Source: Magallana gigas (taxonomy: Eukaryota). Taken from it: 64,000 bases of DNA. The stretch spans positions 36,766,001 through 36,830,000 of the forward strand of contig NC_088860.1 of the NCBI RefSeq assembly GCF_963853765.1, given 5' to 3'. Below the pieces are notes generated by a model. That model did not search any database. It worked only from the letters and a program-made list of their open reading frames with translations, and was not told where the DNA came from. Made by a program: the position numbers and the translations under genes. Below, piece after piece: positions 34,477 to 62,449 of the stretch (position 1 is the first letter of the stretch; each line of letters opens with the position of its first letter).

Positions 34477-34842
34477 AATATAATGTAGCATTTGTCTCTT
34501 TTACTAAGTGTCTATACATCTAACATTGTATCATAACCAGGTTATCAGTTTTGTTTTCCTTCAAAAGTATGACGTAACTTTGATGAAAGATCTAGTAGTT
34601 GCCATGCAACAAGCAAGTTTCTAGTTATTCTGCAGATATAGATATATACATTGTATTTTGGAATTATTTCTTACAGACTATACACATGACATGTTGATTA
34701 ATCAAGGTGTGCACATCGTCTACATGATTGTGTTTAAATATGTCGTGTTGATACATTTACGTCTCTGCAGTAGTAATAGAAAATACGAGTGAATTGTCAA
34801 TATTTCATCTAAAGTGGAAACGCTAGTCGATTGTACATTTAA

Positions 34843-35354
34843 AGGGACTTGGACGCGATTTGAGATCAAAAATTTTATTTTTATTTTTTATGTATAAAAT
34901 GGTTAACTGGTGAATTTTCAATGATTGACCAAAATATTGAATGTTAAAGTCAAGTTACAAGCGAGATACAGAGGTAAGAATTGGTTGTTATGTAAACAAA
35001 GCTCGAGTCTTATAGTTGTTTACAAAAATGTAATGTAGAGAATTACCATTTCGTAGACAAAATGACATGCAAAAAACAATTTAAACTAATTCAATATCTT
35101 CATAAATACTATTTTCAACAAAAGAAAGATACATTTGATTGAAACTTACACCAATACAACACATTTGTAAAAAATGACATTTTCGAGCTTTGTTTACAAA
35201 ACAAAGAATTATAAACTCTGTATCTTGCTTATAACTTGATATTTGACTTTCAAATTTTGACATAGCATTGTAAACTTCTATATTTATCAGTATTAACATT
35301 GAAAATGGGAAAATAAAATTTGAAAATTTTAAGTCAAATCGTGTCCAAGTCCCT
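34843..35354. mobile_element. Kolobok-type MITE, 512 bp, with TTAA target duplication
   Basis: TTAA|AGGGACTTGGACGCGATTT ... AAATCGTGTCCAAGTCCCT|TTAA: TIRs match at 18/19, begin with purines and are flanked by TTAA. piggyBac also duplicates TTAA but usually has CC/CCC ends. Confidence 0.75.
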
Positions 35355-38236
35355 TTAAGCAGTACGTTACATATACTGGTATATCCGTGTAGTTAAAAAT
35401 GTTGACTACAAACGTTGTCATATATTTATTATTTTAAAATGTACAATTCGCTTTGCATATCTGGTGATGATTTTGGATTATAAAATGTGGAAATTTTTAG
35501 TTCATAGGTGATCAAGCGTCTTTCTGAATTGACCCACCATCGTTTAAATCAATGCTAAATAAACGATAAGATGAATTTATCGTTTCATGTTGGAATGTTT
35601 GCTTAAAACGGTATTTGGTAAACGTACTCGTTATATGAATGTACCGGCCACAACTCAAAAACTTTTATTTTATTTTTTAATTGATTTATGACCTGTAAAT
35701 AGTTGTATGGCTTCAGGTAAAACACGTATTATAGGTTTTAACGTAATCTTGAAGTGTAAAGCATAACAATGTATAGATATTTGACAGATATATAAAATCC
35801 TTACAAACACACAAAAATCAATTTTTCTTCAAGCGCAAAATAATGTGATGCCAAACACCATAATGAAAATAGAATAATAAATGGACAAGGTTGTTTGGTA
35901 CGTTCAGAAACATCCATATCAAATGAAACGAATTCGTAGAACCTCCGCAGAAACCCCACTTAAAGCGTTCTTATTATATAACCAACCGTAATCCGGTATT
36001 GGTACTATATAATATGTTACATTTGGGATACTCATTAAATTATTATGCACTTTAAAGACGAATTACTAGATTCAGTAAGTATCATTTAACCTAAAATGAG
36101 TTATATCGCCTCATTATTGAATCAATGATTTTATCAGGGTCTGCCCCTTTGGCGACAAAAATTATCTTTTAATCGAAAATGTTCGATTTTTCACGCTTTT
36201 ATGATAACATTAAAGCAACAGAAGTATTTGATATCAGTTTTATCAGTGATATTTTTTGATCAGAGTTTGCTTCCTTTGCTGTCATATAGGTACATGAAGG
36301 TACATGTATTCAAATTGTTTGAAGATAAATGATTGCATCCCAAATAGAGTAATGTGAACTTTAAAGAAAAATGGCATCTATAATTTTTTGCATTGTGATA
36401 AATTTTGAATCAAAGAATGTACTTTTAAAAATATGTTAAAAGTGCGTTGGAGTATGAACTTTTCATTTAAAGTGCGTTATGAATGAACTTGGACATTTGT
36501 TCAAATGGAGTCACTAGCCCGCTTAAAAAACAATAATATTATAAATCACACATTTTTGAATTAGTATTTTTTAAAAGACGATTTGGCTAAGGTGTTTACC
36601 ATTATCTTTTTATACTGAGAAATAAAATTAACCGTCACTGGGAACCGGAAATGAAAGTCAAATAACTCTATTATAATATGAACTAAACAGAACACATTGA
36701 AAAGGCCCTTTACTTTCTAATTCTACCTTGTATATATTACCATGAAGTTTCTTTTAAATTGAAATACAATTTACACTGCTAAAAAGTGCTTAATGTAAAA
36801 ATAATAAAGTCAAATAAAAATAAAATCCGATCAGTTTAATGTTAAATATGAGGGCATCTGGTATAAAACAGTTTTTCTTATTCGAAGAAAATGAAAAATT
36901 TAACGAAGCACATGGACAATTTAGCGTCTTGTTTTGTCTGTATATTTACAGAAGACTTTATGGTCATAACAAGGCATTTACTTAAACCCCCCCCCCCCCA
37001 CACACACACACACACGTCTGTGATATTATAACCTACAGAAAATATACAAGTCGGTATCCGTTTTGCAAGATTTATTAAAATTCCATAAACATAATACAAT
37101 ATTCCGCGAGTTCGGGGGTCGGTGATACTACAAGCGCCTTGACCGTCGCTCTCTAACTGCTGAATATATGAACATTGCCAACAATTACATATAGAAATAA
37201 CAAAACACAGTTTTTACAAAAAAGAATAGTAAATATAATGAGTTACTTCAATTAGAGGATTACATAGATAAACTGGGAGCCAAAAAAGAGTGTCCGGATC
37301 AAAGTTACAGGAGAAAAGGTGTCATGTCCAAAGAGAACATTTCAAGGTTATATTTGCCTCTTCCTCCCGATGAACACGTAATCATTTTCCGAAGAAACTT
37401 AGTGCTGTGAAACTTGGCACTTGTTCCTTCTCGGCCCATTCTGGAAATGGATAGATCACACTTCCAATTGCTTGTAGACTTAAACCGTCTGTCAACATTG
37501 GTCGAGTTCACTGCAGCCCAGCGAAAGTGTCCCCTTAAATCACTTGTCTTTGTCTTTTCCTTTAATTTAGTTCTTCTTCTCTATCACGTAGTGGTAAATA
37601 TTTTTATACTTTTATTGCTCAAGAAGTTAAAACGGGTAAAATTATTATCAACGGACAATTGCTACAGACGACGGTGGAAAAGATGATTGGTAATAGGTCA
37701 CATAAAAGACTGGCTTTAACAAAAATTTATAAACAGACTTAAATATTAATGATAGGCAATAACATGTGATCAGAAAAGTGCATCCAAGCTATTTTTTTTT
37801 TTTTTGATGAGCTGAAAATAAAATATATGTAACACATTCTTCTTACACATATCAACTTTACAAAATTGATTTATTTTTAACAGAGTTTTGAGGTTTTTTG
37901 GTTCTGTTTTATGACGCGAGACTTGTTGAGATAACTCATATCATTTGACACCCTTTTAGGTATACAAAAGCAGCTTACGATACAAGAGAGTCACTTAAAA
38001 TCCTTTCCAAACAGTTTTGTAACAAAATACCTTTAATAGCAATTCAGAATTCATTCAATGTTAAAGACCATTTAATATTTCATACAGGTATAGATGACTT
38101 ACTTTTGATTAAATGTATATCTTTTAGGCTAAGACTAATGTTGTCCAGTTGCCTGCAAAGCTGATTTACGGGTATTTGATAATAATAAAAAAAGGTCAGA
38201 CTATCTATAGGTTTGTTACGGCGACGTAGAAGGGCC

Positions 38237-38406
38237 AGCTATTTGTTCGGATGAATTTGGATATGTTCAGACGAATACGTTATGTGTTCGTACTATAAAT
38301 AGTATTTATTCGGACGAATAAGCTATTTGTTCGGACGAATAAGCTATTTGTTCGGACAAAATAGGATTTGTTCAGACAAATTAGCTCTTTGTTCGGACGA
38401 GTTAGC
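38237..38406. repeat. Minisatellite, ~21-nt unit (AGCTATTTGTTCGGACGAATA), ~8 degenerate copies
   Basis: Directly visible tandem repeats. Confidence 0.8.
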
Positions 38407-40449
38407 GCCCCCCCCCCTTTCACTTATTCTCGCAGCAAACATTTTTCTTAAATTGACTACATAAAAAAGTGAACTAACATGAAGTTACCCCATCCCTGAT
38501 CATTTTGGTGAATATGTTAACAACTGAAGTGAAATGAAGTAATATATACAGGAACATTACGCTCTGCGCCACCACCCCATCACATCCCGATTAGGAATTT
38601 TACGATTTTTAAAAATTAAGTTGTACATTCCCCCATTTAATTTAGATATTTTTTTTGGATGAGTCCCCCCTCCCGACTTTTAAAAGCGAAGCTACGTGCC
38701 TGAAATACTTTTTGAGTTGCCAAGCCGTGAATTGAAACTGTTTCACAGGTATGTGATAATGAAAACAGCCAGGCTATCTGTAGTTTTGTAGATACATCAA
38801 AGAAAACAATGATATTTAACACATGTTATTAGCACCGTTGTACCTACCTACCCAACGCATCAATGTACTTAAAGTTGATTATCTTTTTTATTTGTCGTTG
38901 TAAGATAATATGTTTTTATTTTTATTTAAACATATATCCACTGTTTTCCCCCTGAAGACAAAACTTGATTGCAATAATAGAAGGGTGTTCTCAAAGTAAG
39001 TTTACTTTAAGGAGACAGTACGGCGCATCTTATAAAAAACTGACTTTAAAAAAATTCCCGATCGGATACGGTATTTTTGTATTACCCATAAATGTATAAA
39101 CTTTCAGAAAATTGCAAATTTCTCCATCAAATCACTTTAATCATTTCAATTAAAGTAATGATTATTTATGGTCCATAAATATATACATCGCATTGTTATG
39201 ACATATCATTGCTGTAATGTATTGTCATGAAACTAAAGTCAGTGTACGACGCTTAACGGAAACTCTCAGATACATTTATTAATTGTAGGAACACACTCCG
39301 TTTTATTAATAAAGCATCCTTTATCCTAGATGATTTCTCCTATTTTGGGATTGTAAGCTTTATACTTAATTATAGCAGTTCTTGGACTATAATAAGTCTT
39401 TTTACAGTAAATGATCAAACTTAAATTTTTAATACATAAAGACCACAAAACACACTCACACAGAGCTATATACTGTATATTAAAGGTATGATATACAGCT
39501 GGGTCTCGTTTCATAAAGAGGCCTAAATTTTGGGCCTAATTTTAGTCTAGTCCGAGGACCTACACCAAAACTTAGTCGGGAGTATTTTGCATTTCATAAA
39601 GCGGCGTAACTAGAGGTGTAAACTTTAGACTACAGCTTTAGCATAAGTCCTTGACAACGCAGCACTGCACATGCATAAAATTGTTTCTATTACTCTGTTA
39701 TGTATAGGTGTATGTAGCATGTGAAAATATGATCAATTTTAGAGGAACTAGCACTTGTAATAATTTTTATTTTAAAATATTTAGGATTTGATAATGCTTG
39801 GTTCACGCAAAGGTAATTTTTTTAAAAATAATATTACTTTTCCTTCAACAATTTACAGCAACTAGTTTTTTTTAAATTTCACATATAAAACATTGAATCA
39901 TCATGCCCCCCCCCCTCCCATTTTTCTGGGGAGTATGTTAAAATCAAAATACATTTTTTTTCTTGTCAAGATTTTTTGGATGAGTCCCCCCCCCGCCTTT
40001 TCAAAAACGATGCTACGTGCCTGACACGTAATTATACCAATAGATAAAAATAGATAAAACATTAAACGGAAACCAAAAAATGGTGAAGAGTATATGATTT
40101 TCTGGAATACCACCGCAAGAAGTATTATTTATTGTCAAATATACATGGAAATCTTAAATGAATTATCCGTATAAAACGTGTATAATGTTGAATTTAAAGC
40201 AGGCTTACTCGGTATTAATTTGGTTGAAGTACATGTCTTGTGTAATGTGCTCAATAGAATAATCAATATATCATTTTAAGTAATTAGGTAGTCCAAATTA
40301 TACTTATTTTATTACTTTCATCATAGTGAAAATTTTGAATTTACTGGGTCGGTGTACATTTATAAGTTGTCATATTGTCGCTCTTTGTCATTACGCATTT
40401 CAATTGAAATGAATTTTAGGGGTTATATATATACGAAAGCCGAGAAGGA

Positions 40450-40520
40450 TCATTCGAGATTCGAGATTCAAAATACGAGATTCGAAATACGAGATTCAAG
40501 ATTCGAAATTCGAGATTCAA
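40450..40520. repeat. Degenerate 7-bp microsatellite (CGAGATT)n
   Basis: GATTCGAGATTCGAGATTCAAAATACGAGATTCG...; produces the FEIRDSR repeats in ORF 40352-40591. Confidence 0.8.
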
Positions 40521-40960
40521 TATCTAAATTAACCAATCAAATCAAGGATCTGAAAATATGTATCCTAGCGACATCAAACTGTTCTAAATAAAAATCATCC
40601 GTACATGCTCTTATATACAAATAAATGCTATTTTGTTTTCAATCATTTCGTGATGTTTTGTATTTTATCGCAATATAATGTATTTTATACATGTACATGT
40701 ATTATGATAAGATACATTTTCTGTATCCAGTATTTGAAAATAATCATTTGTATTTATCAAATCAGTTTGAACTGCAGACTTGTCTAAACTCTAATGTGTC
40801 ACCATTCTTGTAGTTAAAAACCATGTATCAATAACATATCTTCACTTTAAAAAGAAAATCACAAATTAAGTTTATAATTGTGCATTAGTATCAGTGAGTT
40901 TAATCGGCTTCAATTTTCAGTATTACTTGCATTCAATATTAATGCATCTACAGGTACATA

Positions 40961-41433
40961 TGTGACCGCGTAGATTTTACGGTGCTAGAGAATTCTTCTG
41001 GATCTGCATCGGCCGTGTGCAGTACGAACCGGGTGAGGGAATGTTGGCGTAAAGGGTATAAGGTATAAGGTTGTGGCGCGTTGTAGGCCGTAAAGGTAAA
41101 AACGAAGGGTAGGTTTGCCGTATTCCCGAAAGTCCACCAGTATACAGTTCCAGAGAAATAAACAGGCAATTGATGCAGGATTCCACATTTATTGGACGAG
41201 ACTCAACGATGGCAACATTATAACAATTTAACAGACAGACATGTTACAAACAAGCCGGATATGGCCAGTAGTGGCCTCCGGACTCAAGACTCTGGGTGAG
41301 TCGGACGTAGCCGAGGCTGGCCGCCGACTTCCAGACTGCCGATTGACAATTGTACATAATTATTTATAAGAATCTGAACAATGCGTATAAATTGACAGGT
41401 GATGACATAAGTAAGCTGAGTGAAAGGTTCACA
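40961..41433. mobile_element. Putative solo LTR (473 bp)
   Basis: GC-richer island bounded by TGTGACC...GGTTCACA (TG..CA with short inverted ends). Flanks CATA/GATA are a 3/4 match to a 4-bp TSD. AATAAA occurs internally on both strands. Confidence 0.4.
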
Positions 41434-41953
41434 GATATAAAATAATTAAATAAACTCAATGAGTCTTTGGTGTCCAAGAAATGAAAATCTGATAATTGCA
41501 CAATGTTGTTTTAAGAGATTAACAGTCTTTGAGACATGGCACTCTGTTTCTTTGGAATCACATATAGAGTCCGAAAAGTGTCAATCACTAAATAAACTTG
41601 TAACTTTGTAAGAAACAAATTGTGAGAAAATATTACGAAACAGATGTTGAATTTTAAAAGTAAAGTCCAAAATAAAGTTATAATTAAACAATGAATTTTG
41701 CACGGTGATACATACATCGTAGGTTATAAAAAAATACTGTTCATATATAAATTCCCCAAAAAATATTAGCCTTTTTCTCAGGAAGAAATTTTAATGAAAG
41801 ATTTTTAAAAGGTAAAGTTTTTACTAAATGTGATGTAAACTTGTTCATGGTAAATGTAAAAAGGAAAAAAATGGTAAATAGAAAAAATATAAGTTTATAA
41901 AATGCAACACAGAAAATTAGGGCACATTTTTAAAATATAAATTATGATCTCGA

Positions 41954-41975
41954 TCTCTCTCTCTCTCTCTCTCTC

Positions 41976-42026
<51 letters not shown>
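41954..42026. repeat. (TC)n microsatellite
   Basis: Directly visible, with one internal CGAT interruption. Confidence 0.9.
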
Positions 42027-42031
<5 letters not shown>

Positions 42032-43611
42032 TGACTACTTGATGTAACTTATAAAATACAATCGTCGTTTCATAATATATATTATGCTTACTTATGTTTA
42101 CGTCCGAACTTACACCTACCTATAAGTGGACGTAAAATTGTGGCTTAACTTGAGTCGGACGTAAGGATGCGCTCTTTAATGGAACGAAAATATTCGAACT
42201 AGTCCCGTATTTACACCGGCGCAGCGTTAAGTCTGGACGTACGACCATTTATGAAACGAGCCCTTGGAATAGAAAACATTAATTAAGCCTATTAATTTTA
42301 AAAAAAAAGTGTTTAATTCAAAAGTATCACAAAGGAGAATGGTACAAAAGCTGAAGAAATTAGTTTTTCAATTTCAAGTATGTTTACTTCATCATTTCAA
42401 ATTCTTTTCAATAGTAAAAAATACTCATTTTTCAGAAGACTTAAAACTAACCCAATCTGAATTTAAAAAAAAACTGTATTTTAATATGCTAAAAAGATTG
42501 TTGGCAGACAATGTTGAAGAAGGTAGTTCCATATTTGAGGCCACAAATTTTTTGACAAGTCCTTTCTCATTTCCTATCAACAGTGCTGAATTAGAAAGTA
42601 ACATGGAAGATGGGTGTGCTATTACATCTTGTGCGAATAGATACTTTACGAACACTCCACCCGGACTAAGAAGATGAATCTGACTATTCTTCATGTCACT
42701 TACAATGATGTTAGAACGCGAGTCGCACACTACATCAGAGAATGAACATTTCTTTACAAGACTTTGACCCCTGTAGACAACCTTCAGGCATCCAGAGGAA
42801 GATAGAATCAACAGTTCAGAGGTAGATTTACTTGTCCTGTTTACTATACAGATGTCAGTGTTACCGTTCTGTCTGACTCTCCATGGTAGAGTAAATAGCC
42901 TGGTCTGACCGTCCTCTTGGTACTCGTACTCACGGATGACGTCACCGGTCAGAGTCACGTGTCTGACCAGACGTCTGCTATGTGAGTTCGGTTGATATGT
43001 TTCCGATTCATCGTCCATTAACGTGACGAGCAGTCCAAGTACATTGTTAAAGGTTGCTTGACAGACCCCACAAGGAATCAATGGACCAGTACTGAATGAC
43101 TCAGATACTGGTACAACATCATGGAAAACCTTGTATATAGAAAATCGATTAATTGATTTTTTATTAAAATCAGTAAAAAATAGATCAGCATTGTCTGTAA
43201 GGCATGCGCCATTTGCATTTGACGTAATTTTTCTCTTCATACCTTTAGATTTATCGCTTAATTCTTTCACCGATGAATTTTACGTGTAAAGTTCCTAACG
43301 CGAATTTTCCGTGAAGTTGCGGTTAGCCCGGTAGCATGCCAATCGGCTTTCTACTAAAAATACTACCCAACTTTCACGAACGTATCTTGTATTTGATTTG
43401 TATTCTAGACTGTAAATTGTAATGTAAAAGTTCTTAAAATCCATATGGTGAATTCAGGGGAAAGCTCAATTCGTTACACTCGCTCAAGTTTACGCTGAAT
43501 AAAAACTCCAAAACGAAACAAAAGTTAAACAAGTTGTATTTAAGTTGATGAAATAACGGTACATGGTATTCCAATGAAAACCGATTCTCGGAGTTCCGAG
43601 ATAACAACTTG

Positions 43612-43798
43612 ATAACGTGCGGAGATTCCAGCACGGACAGTCCGATATAATTCTTTGTACAAAATCGAAACTAACGTGCGGAAATCCAGCACAGCTAGCC
43701 CGATATCACACACACTCCACTAACGTGCGGGGTTCCAGCACAGTTAGCCCAACATATCACTTCATGCTAACGTGCGGGGTTCCAGCACAGCTAGCCCA
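43612..43798. repeat. Four ~32-bp direct repeats (CTAACGTGCGGGGTTCCAGCACAGCTAGCCCA) separated by dissimilar 15-26 bp spacers
   Basis: Repeat starts at 43612, 43671, 43720 and 43767. Each has an internal GTGC...GCAC hairpin. Confidence 0.85.
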
Positions 43799-44168
43799 AC
43801 CATTCTCTTCCAGATCTTAAACCATTCTCTGTTACAATTTTTTTTTTTTTGACAGGCATTGCTTTTTTTATGACAAAGGGATAGTAATGGCATGCCAGAA
43901 AAGTAAACATTCACACATATAGCTGTTACGATAATTTCACACTTCTATTGTCCAACAATTATTTAATTTGCCTGGAGATTAACTTAAGAAGATATCAAAG
44001 ACTAGTGTCAAGAGGATTAACATTTTTGTCAAATGAAAGCATCTCCGTTTGTTTGTTTGGTTATTTCCTTTTTTTTGTGTTACAAACTAAATTGCGTAAT
44101 TAATCTGAGAGAAAAAAAAAATTAAACTTAAGTTCTCATAGCAGCTTGTAAATTTTAAATTGATAACC

Positions 44169-44274
44169 TGTTACATTAAAAGTTTAAAATCGAAGATTTC
44201 TAAACTTATCTATAACAATCTAGATTGTTATAGATAAGTTTAGAAATCTTCGATTTTAAACTTTTAATGTAACA
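44169..44274. repeat. Perfect spacer-less 106-bp palindrome
   Basis: TGTTACATTAAAAGTTTAAAATCGAAGATTTCTAAACTTATCTATAACAATCT (53 nt) followed directly by its exact reverse complement. Confidence 0.95.
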
Positions 44275-46788
44275 ATTCTACTTCACCCGCTTGTATGGAG
44301 ACAAGAATATCTTTATCGAATTCTGCCAAAACATCTATAAATTCTGTTCCAATATGAAATGAATCTGACTCTATCACAGTGATGTCATTTAAATCAACAA
44401 TATCTCCCATCATTAATTTCAGTAAATCTTCTTTGATCAAATTCTCTTCGTATCTCAATGGATATCCCAAAATCGTTATACCCCTGTCTCTGTTAGACAA
44501 GAGGTTGGTCAAGTCCCTGAGGTTGTCTATCAAACTATAGTCAGACATTGTACTGTGCTTTTCTTCTATAAAGTCAACGACATCCATAATTTGTTCTTTT
44601 TTCTTTTCCAAGTTTAACCTACCATCATTTGTTTCAGAGTTTTTACTTTCCAGATTTCCCCTTAATTTTTTTTCGTAATTCTTCCTGATTTCGTCCAGTT
44701 TTGAAACAATCGCTTCAAAGTGTTTCTGAAGCTTTGAAACTTCAAACTCGCATCTTTTTTGGTTTTTCTCCATTTGTTCGACTGCCGTTTGCATCATCTC
44801 ATTCATTTCTATGACATAAATATCCTTAACCTTACCCAGAGTCTTCTTTAGCTCTCTTCTCCTAAGACTTCCTGCTGTGGGAATTGTTTTCCAGTCGTGA
44901 TCTTTATGGTCTGTTTTGGCACATTGTGAACAGATGAACTCATCACAGTCCTCGCATGTGATATCTATATTCACATTGTGTTTTTCACACATTGGGATGT
45001 GTTCCTGAGCAGATTCAAGCGGGTGTTTTGGAGATATGGCCGCCATGTTTATGTTTTGGTAGACACCGTGACTAGACCTAAATCCAGTTGCGTCTTGTCT
45101 TTACATTTGAATGGATTTGTAAAGATTTAAATATTGACTCCAAGGAGTGCATTCTAGTTATTCATTCGGTTTGTTAAAGAACAAAGTTTAAACGACGTTG
45201 AATATTTTAATTTTATCATTGCGACTTATTGTCATCAATTTAAATTATTTCGCAGTGTTCCTATCGTTAAACAGATCCAAATGTTTTTTTATTTTTAAAA
45301 TTCATGAAATTAAAATTAAATTATATTGAGGGAAAAAAACATTTCTACAAGAAAAGTACTGTATAAGATAGGGACTCTCTATATATTAGGCAGACAACAT
45401 TCCTTTCTCTTTACAAATGTCCGGGTCTAACAGGTATCTAAGAAAAACAAACGGGTTCAAAATTCTACTAGTATCTATGTAGTTATGTGTTTTCTAAATG
45501 CTATATTCGTCAAATTGAGGAATGTTATTCTTTAACGTACTGTTATTGGGTCTTCAAACATTGAATATAACCATTTGTAAATCGTCATTTGTAAGATTTT
45601 TCGGGCTTCGGTAAATTTTTGATTCATAATCTATTCGATGCAAGTTTAACATTTGCACTTTCATCATTTGTGATATGTATTTTTAGTTTTGCAAGTTACT
45701 GCACCATTATGACGACAGGGGGTGCAGGCTACATTGAATCTAATCATTCCTTCAATCTCATTAGACCCGTATTGCATACTCAGCCATTCATGAATACTGT
45801 ATTATTTTGCATTCATTGAACTATATTTCAGTTTACCAATACATATAAATATCATAAATGTTTACACTTAGTTTTGCAACACTATAATGTAGTAGTGTAT
45901 GTTCATTTTTTTCATAACTGTTAGGGACAGGATTGGGGTTGGGGTTTGGGGTCCAAAATTTATCATGAAGCACCAAACTCAAAGTGTATTATCAACCAAT
46001 CTATTTAAAATTAGATCTTTGATCCGCTCCTATTAGATCTAATTTTAATTAGATTGATATTCAACTTGCCAAATACAGAAAACATGTTAGACAAACCCTT
46101 TTTTCTGCCTTTCATTAACGTAACATACCTACTAGCACTAATAATAATCAACATGAATATCTGAAACACTCTCCTTTGCAGGCATTTTCAATATCTCTCT
46201 CCATTATGATAATTTATAGAAACTGAATTTTGTGTGTTTATCATTTATTACATTGTATAAGAATGATGCATTTTCTTTCATGATGATGAATACTTTGCAG
46301 CATGTACTTCAAGGATTCATGACAGTTATTTCATGTACAAATGTTATGATTATTCATACACTATCAAAATAGTGTTTCTCAATGTCATAAATATATGATC
46401 TTTGATAGGCAATAAAACATTGCCTATGTTAAAGCACAATGACAAAACAAAATACAAACAAAATATAAACAATGACATTATCAAGTCATCAATTTTCAAA
46501 TTCCTGTTTTGAATAACACAATCTTTGAAATAAATTGTGCAAGTGTACATGTTACACACTTGCAATGCATTTATCTGACACAAAAACTAACAGATTATTT
46601 TGTGCTTGCATTTTGCACATTGATTTTCATTTCATATTTCAAAGTATATTAATACAGGACAATCTAAGATATTTCAATTTTAACGATCCCACTTTAAGTT
46701 ATTAATCAGGGAATGTCACTTTTACACACATGGGGTAAAATGTTGAACACTCTAACCACTGTTGCTTTTGCTGTCAATAGTGAACACT

Positions 46789-62084
<15,296 letters not shown>

Positions 62085-62449
62085 CTGGAAGGTACAAGTC
62101 AAAGTTTACATCTCTCCTTTTACATGTATACTGAAGTAAATACAACATATTTCCTCTGCACACTTACATATACACATGCATGCAATGTTTGTGTACATGC
62201 ATATATATATAATACTGTACACCCAACACAAAGCTTAATTCACCTGCAAGTGAATTAATTCCGATATATCCATATGAATGTGCATACGAAAACTGTAAAA
62301 CACATATACCGGTACATATGGTTTCTGATTTTATACACCACATTTATTTGTTTTACACAATGGATTGTAAGTAAAGCAAAATTTATTGAACTACCGTCCT
62401 CATCTTTACATTCCAGCTTACTGTAAACATACGACATTTGGTTGTGTAT

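Larger units (their letters stand above)
39502..42263. mobile_element. Possible Harbinger-type non-autonomous element (or two unrelated element ends) with nested insertions
   Basis: GGTCTCGTTTCATAAA at 39502 and TTTATGAAACGAGCCC ending at 42263 match at 15/16 as inverted repeats. Flanks are CTG/TTG (imperfect 3-bp TSD). Subterminal sequences do not match each other, so a single element is uncertain. Confidence 0.4.
42425..45046 (-). pseudogene. TRIM-like gene (B-box2, coiled coil, NHL propeller) interrupted by a ~1 kb insertion at 43262-44269
   Basis: ORF 44264-45046 has a B-box (CEKH..IDITCEDCDEFICSQCAKTDHKDH) and a coiled coil. ORF 42425-43270 has the NHL propeller. Joining ...GEVELL (ends 44270) to SDKSKG... 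(starts 43258) gives one ~536-aa frame collinear with the paralog at 1179-2000. Functional status is unknown; it could be spliced. Confidence 0.7.

Noticed and set aside
35986-35997. 12-bp match (CCGTAATCCGGT) to the pogo TIR
   Set aside because: The match does not extend, has no TA flank and no partner TIR; probably chance.
40352-40591. ORF with FEIRDSR repeats
   Set aside because: Translation of a 7-bp microsatellite.
40948-41188. Three stacked minus-strand ORFs of 67-73 aa
   Set aside because: They lie in the GC-richer putative LTR, have no homology I recognise, and are expected by chance.
43612-43798. Calling the repeat-spacer array a true CRISPR
   Set aside because: Eukaryotic intron-rich context, no cas genes, only four repeats, and short uneven spacers. 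Kept as a repeat and a finding instead.
46745-46762. ACTCTAACCACTG resembling a reverse-complement tRNA A box
   Set aside because: Explained by the 37-bp duplication of the SNRNP200 stop region, and no B box is nearby.
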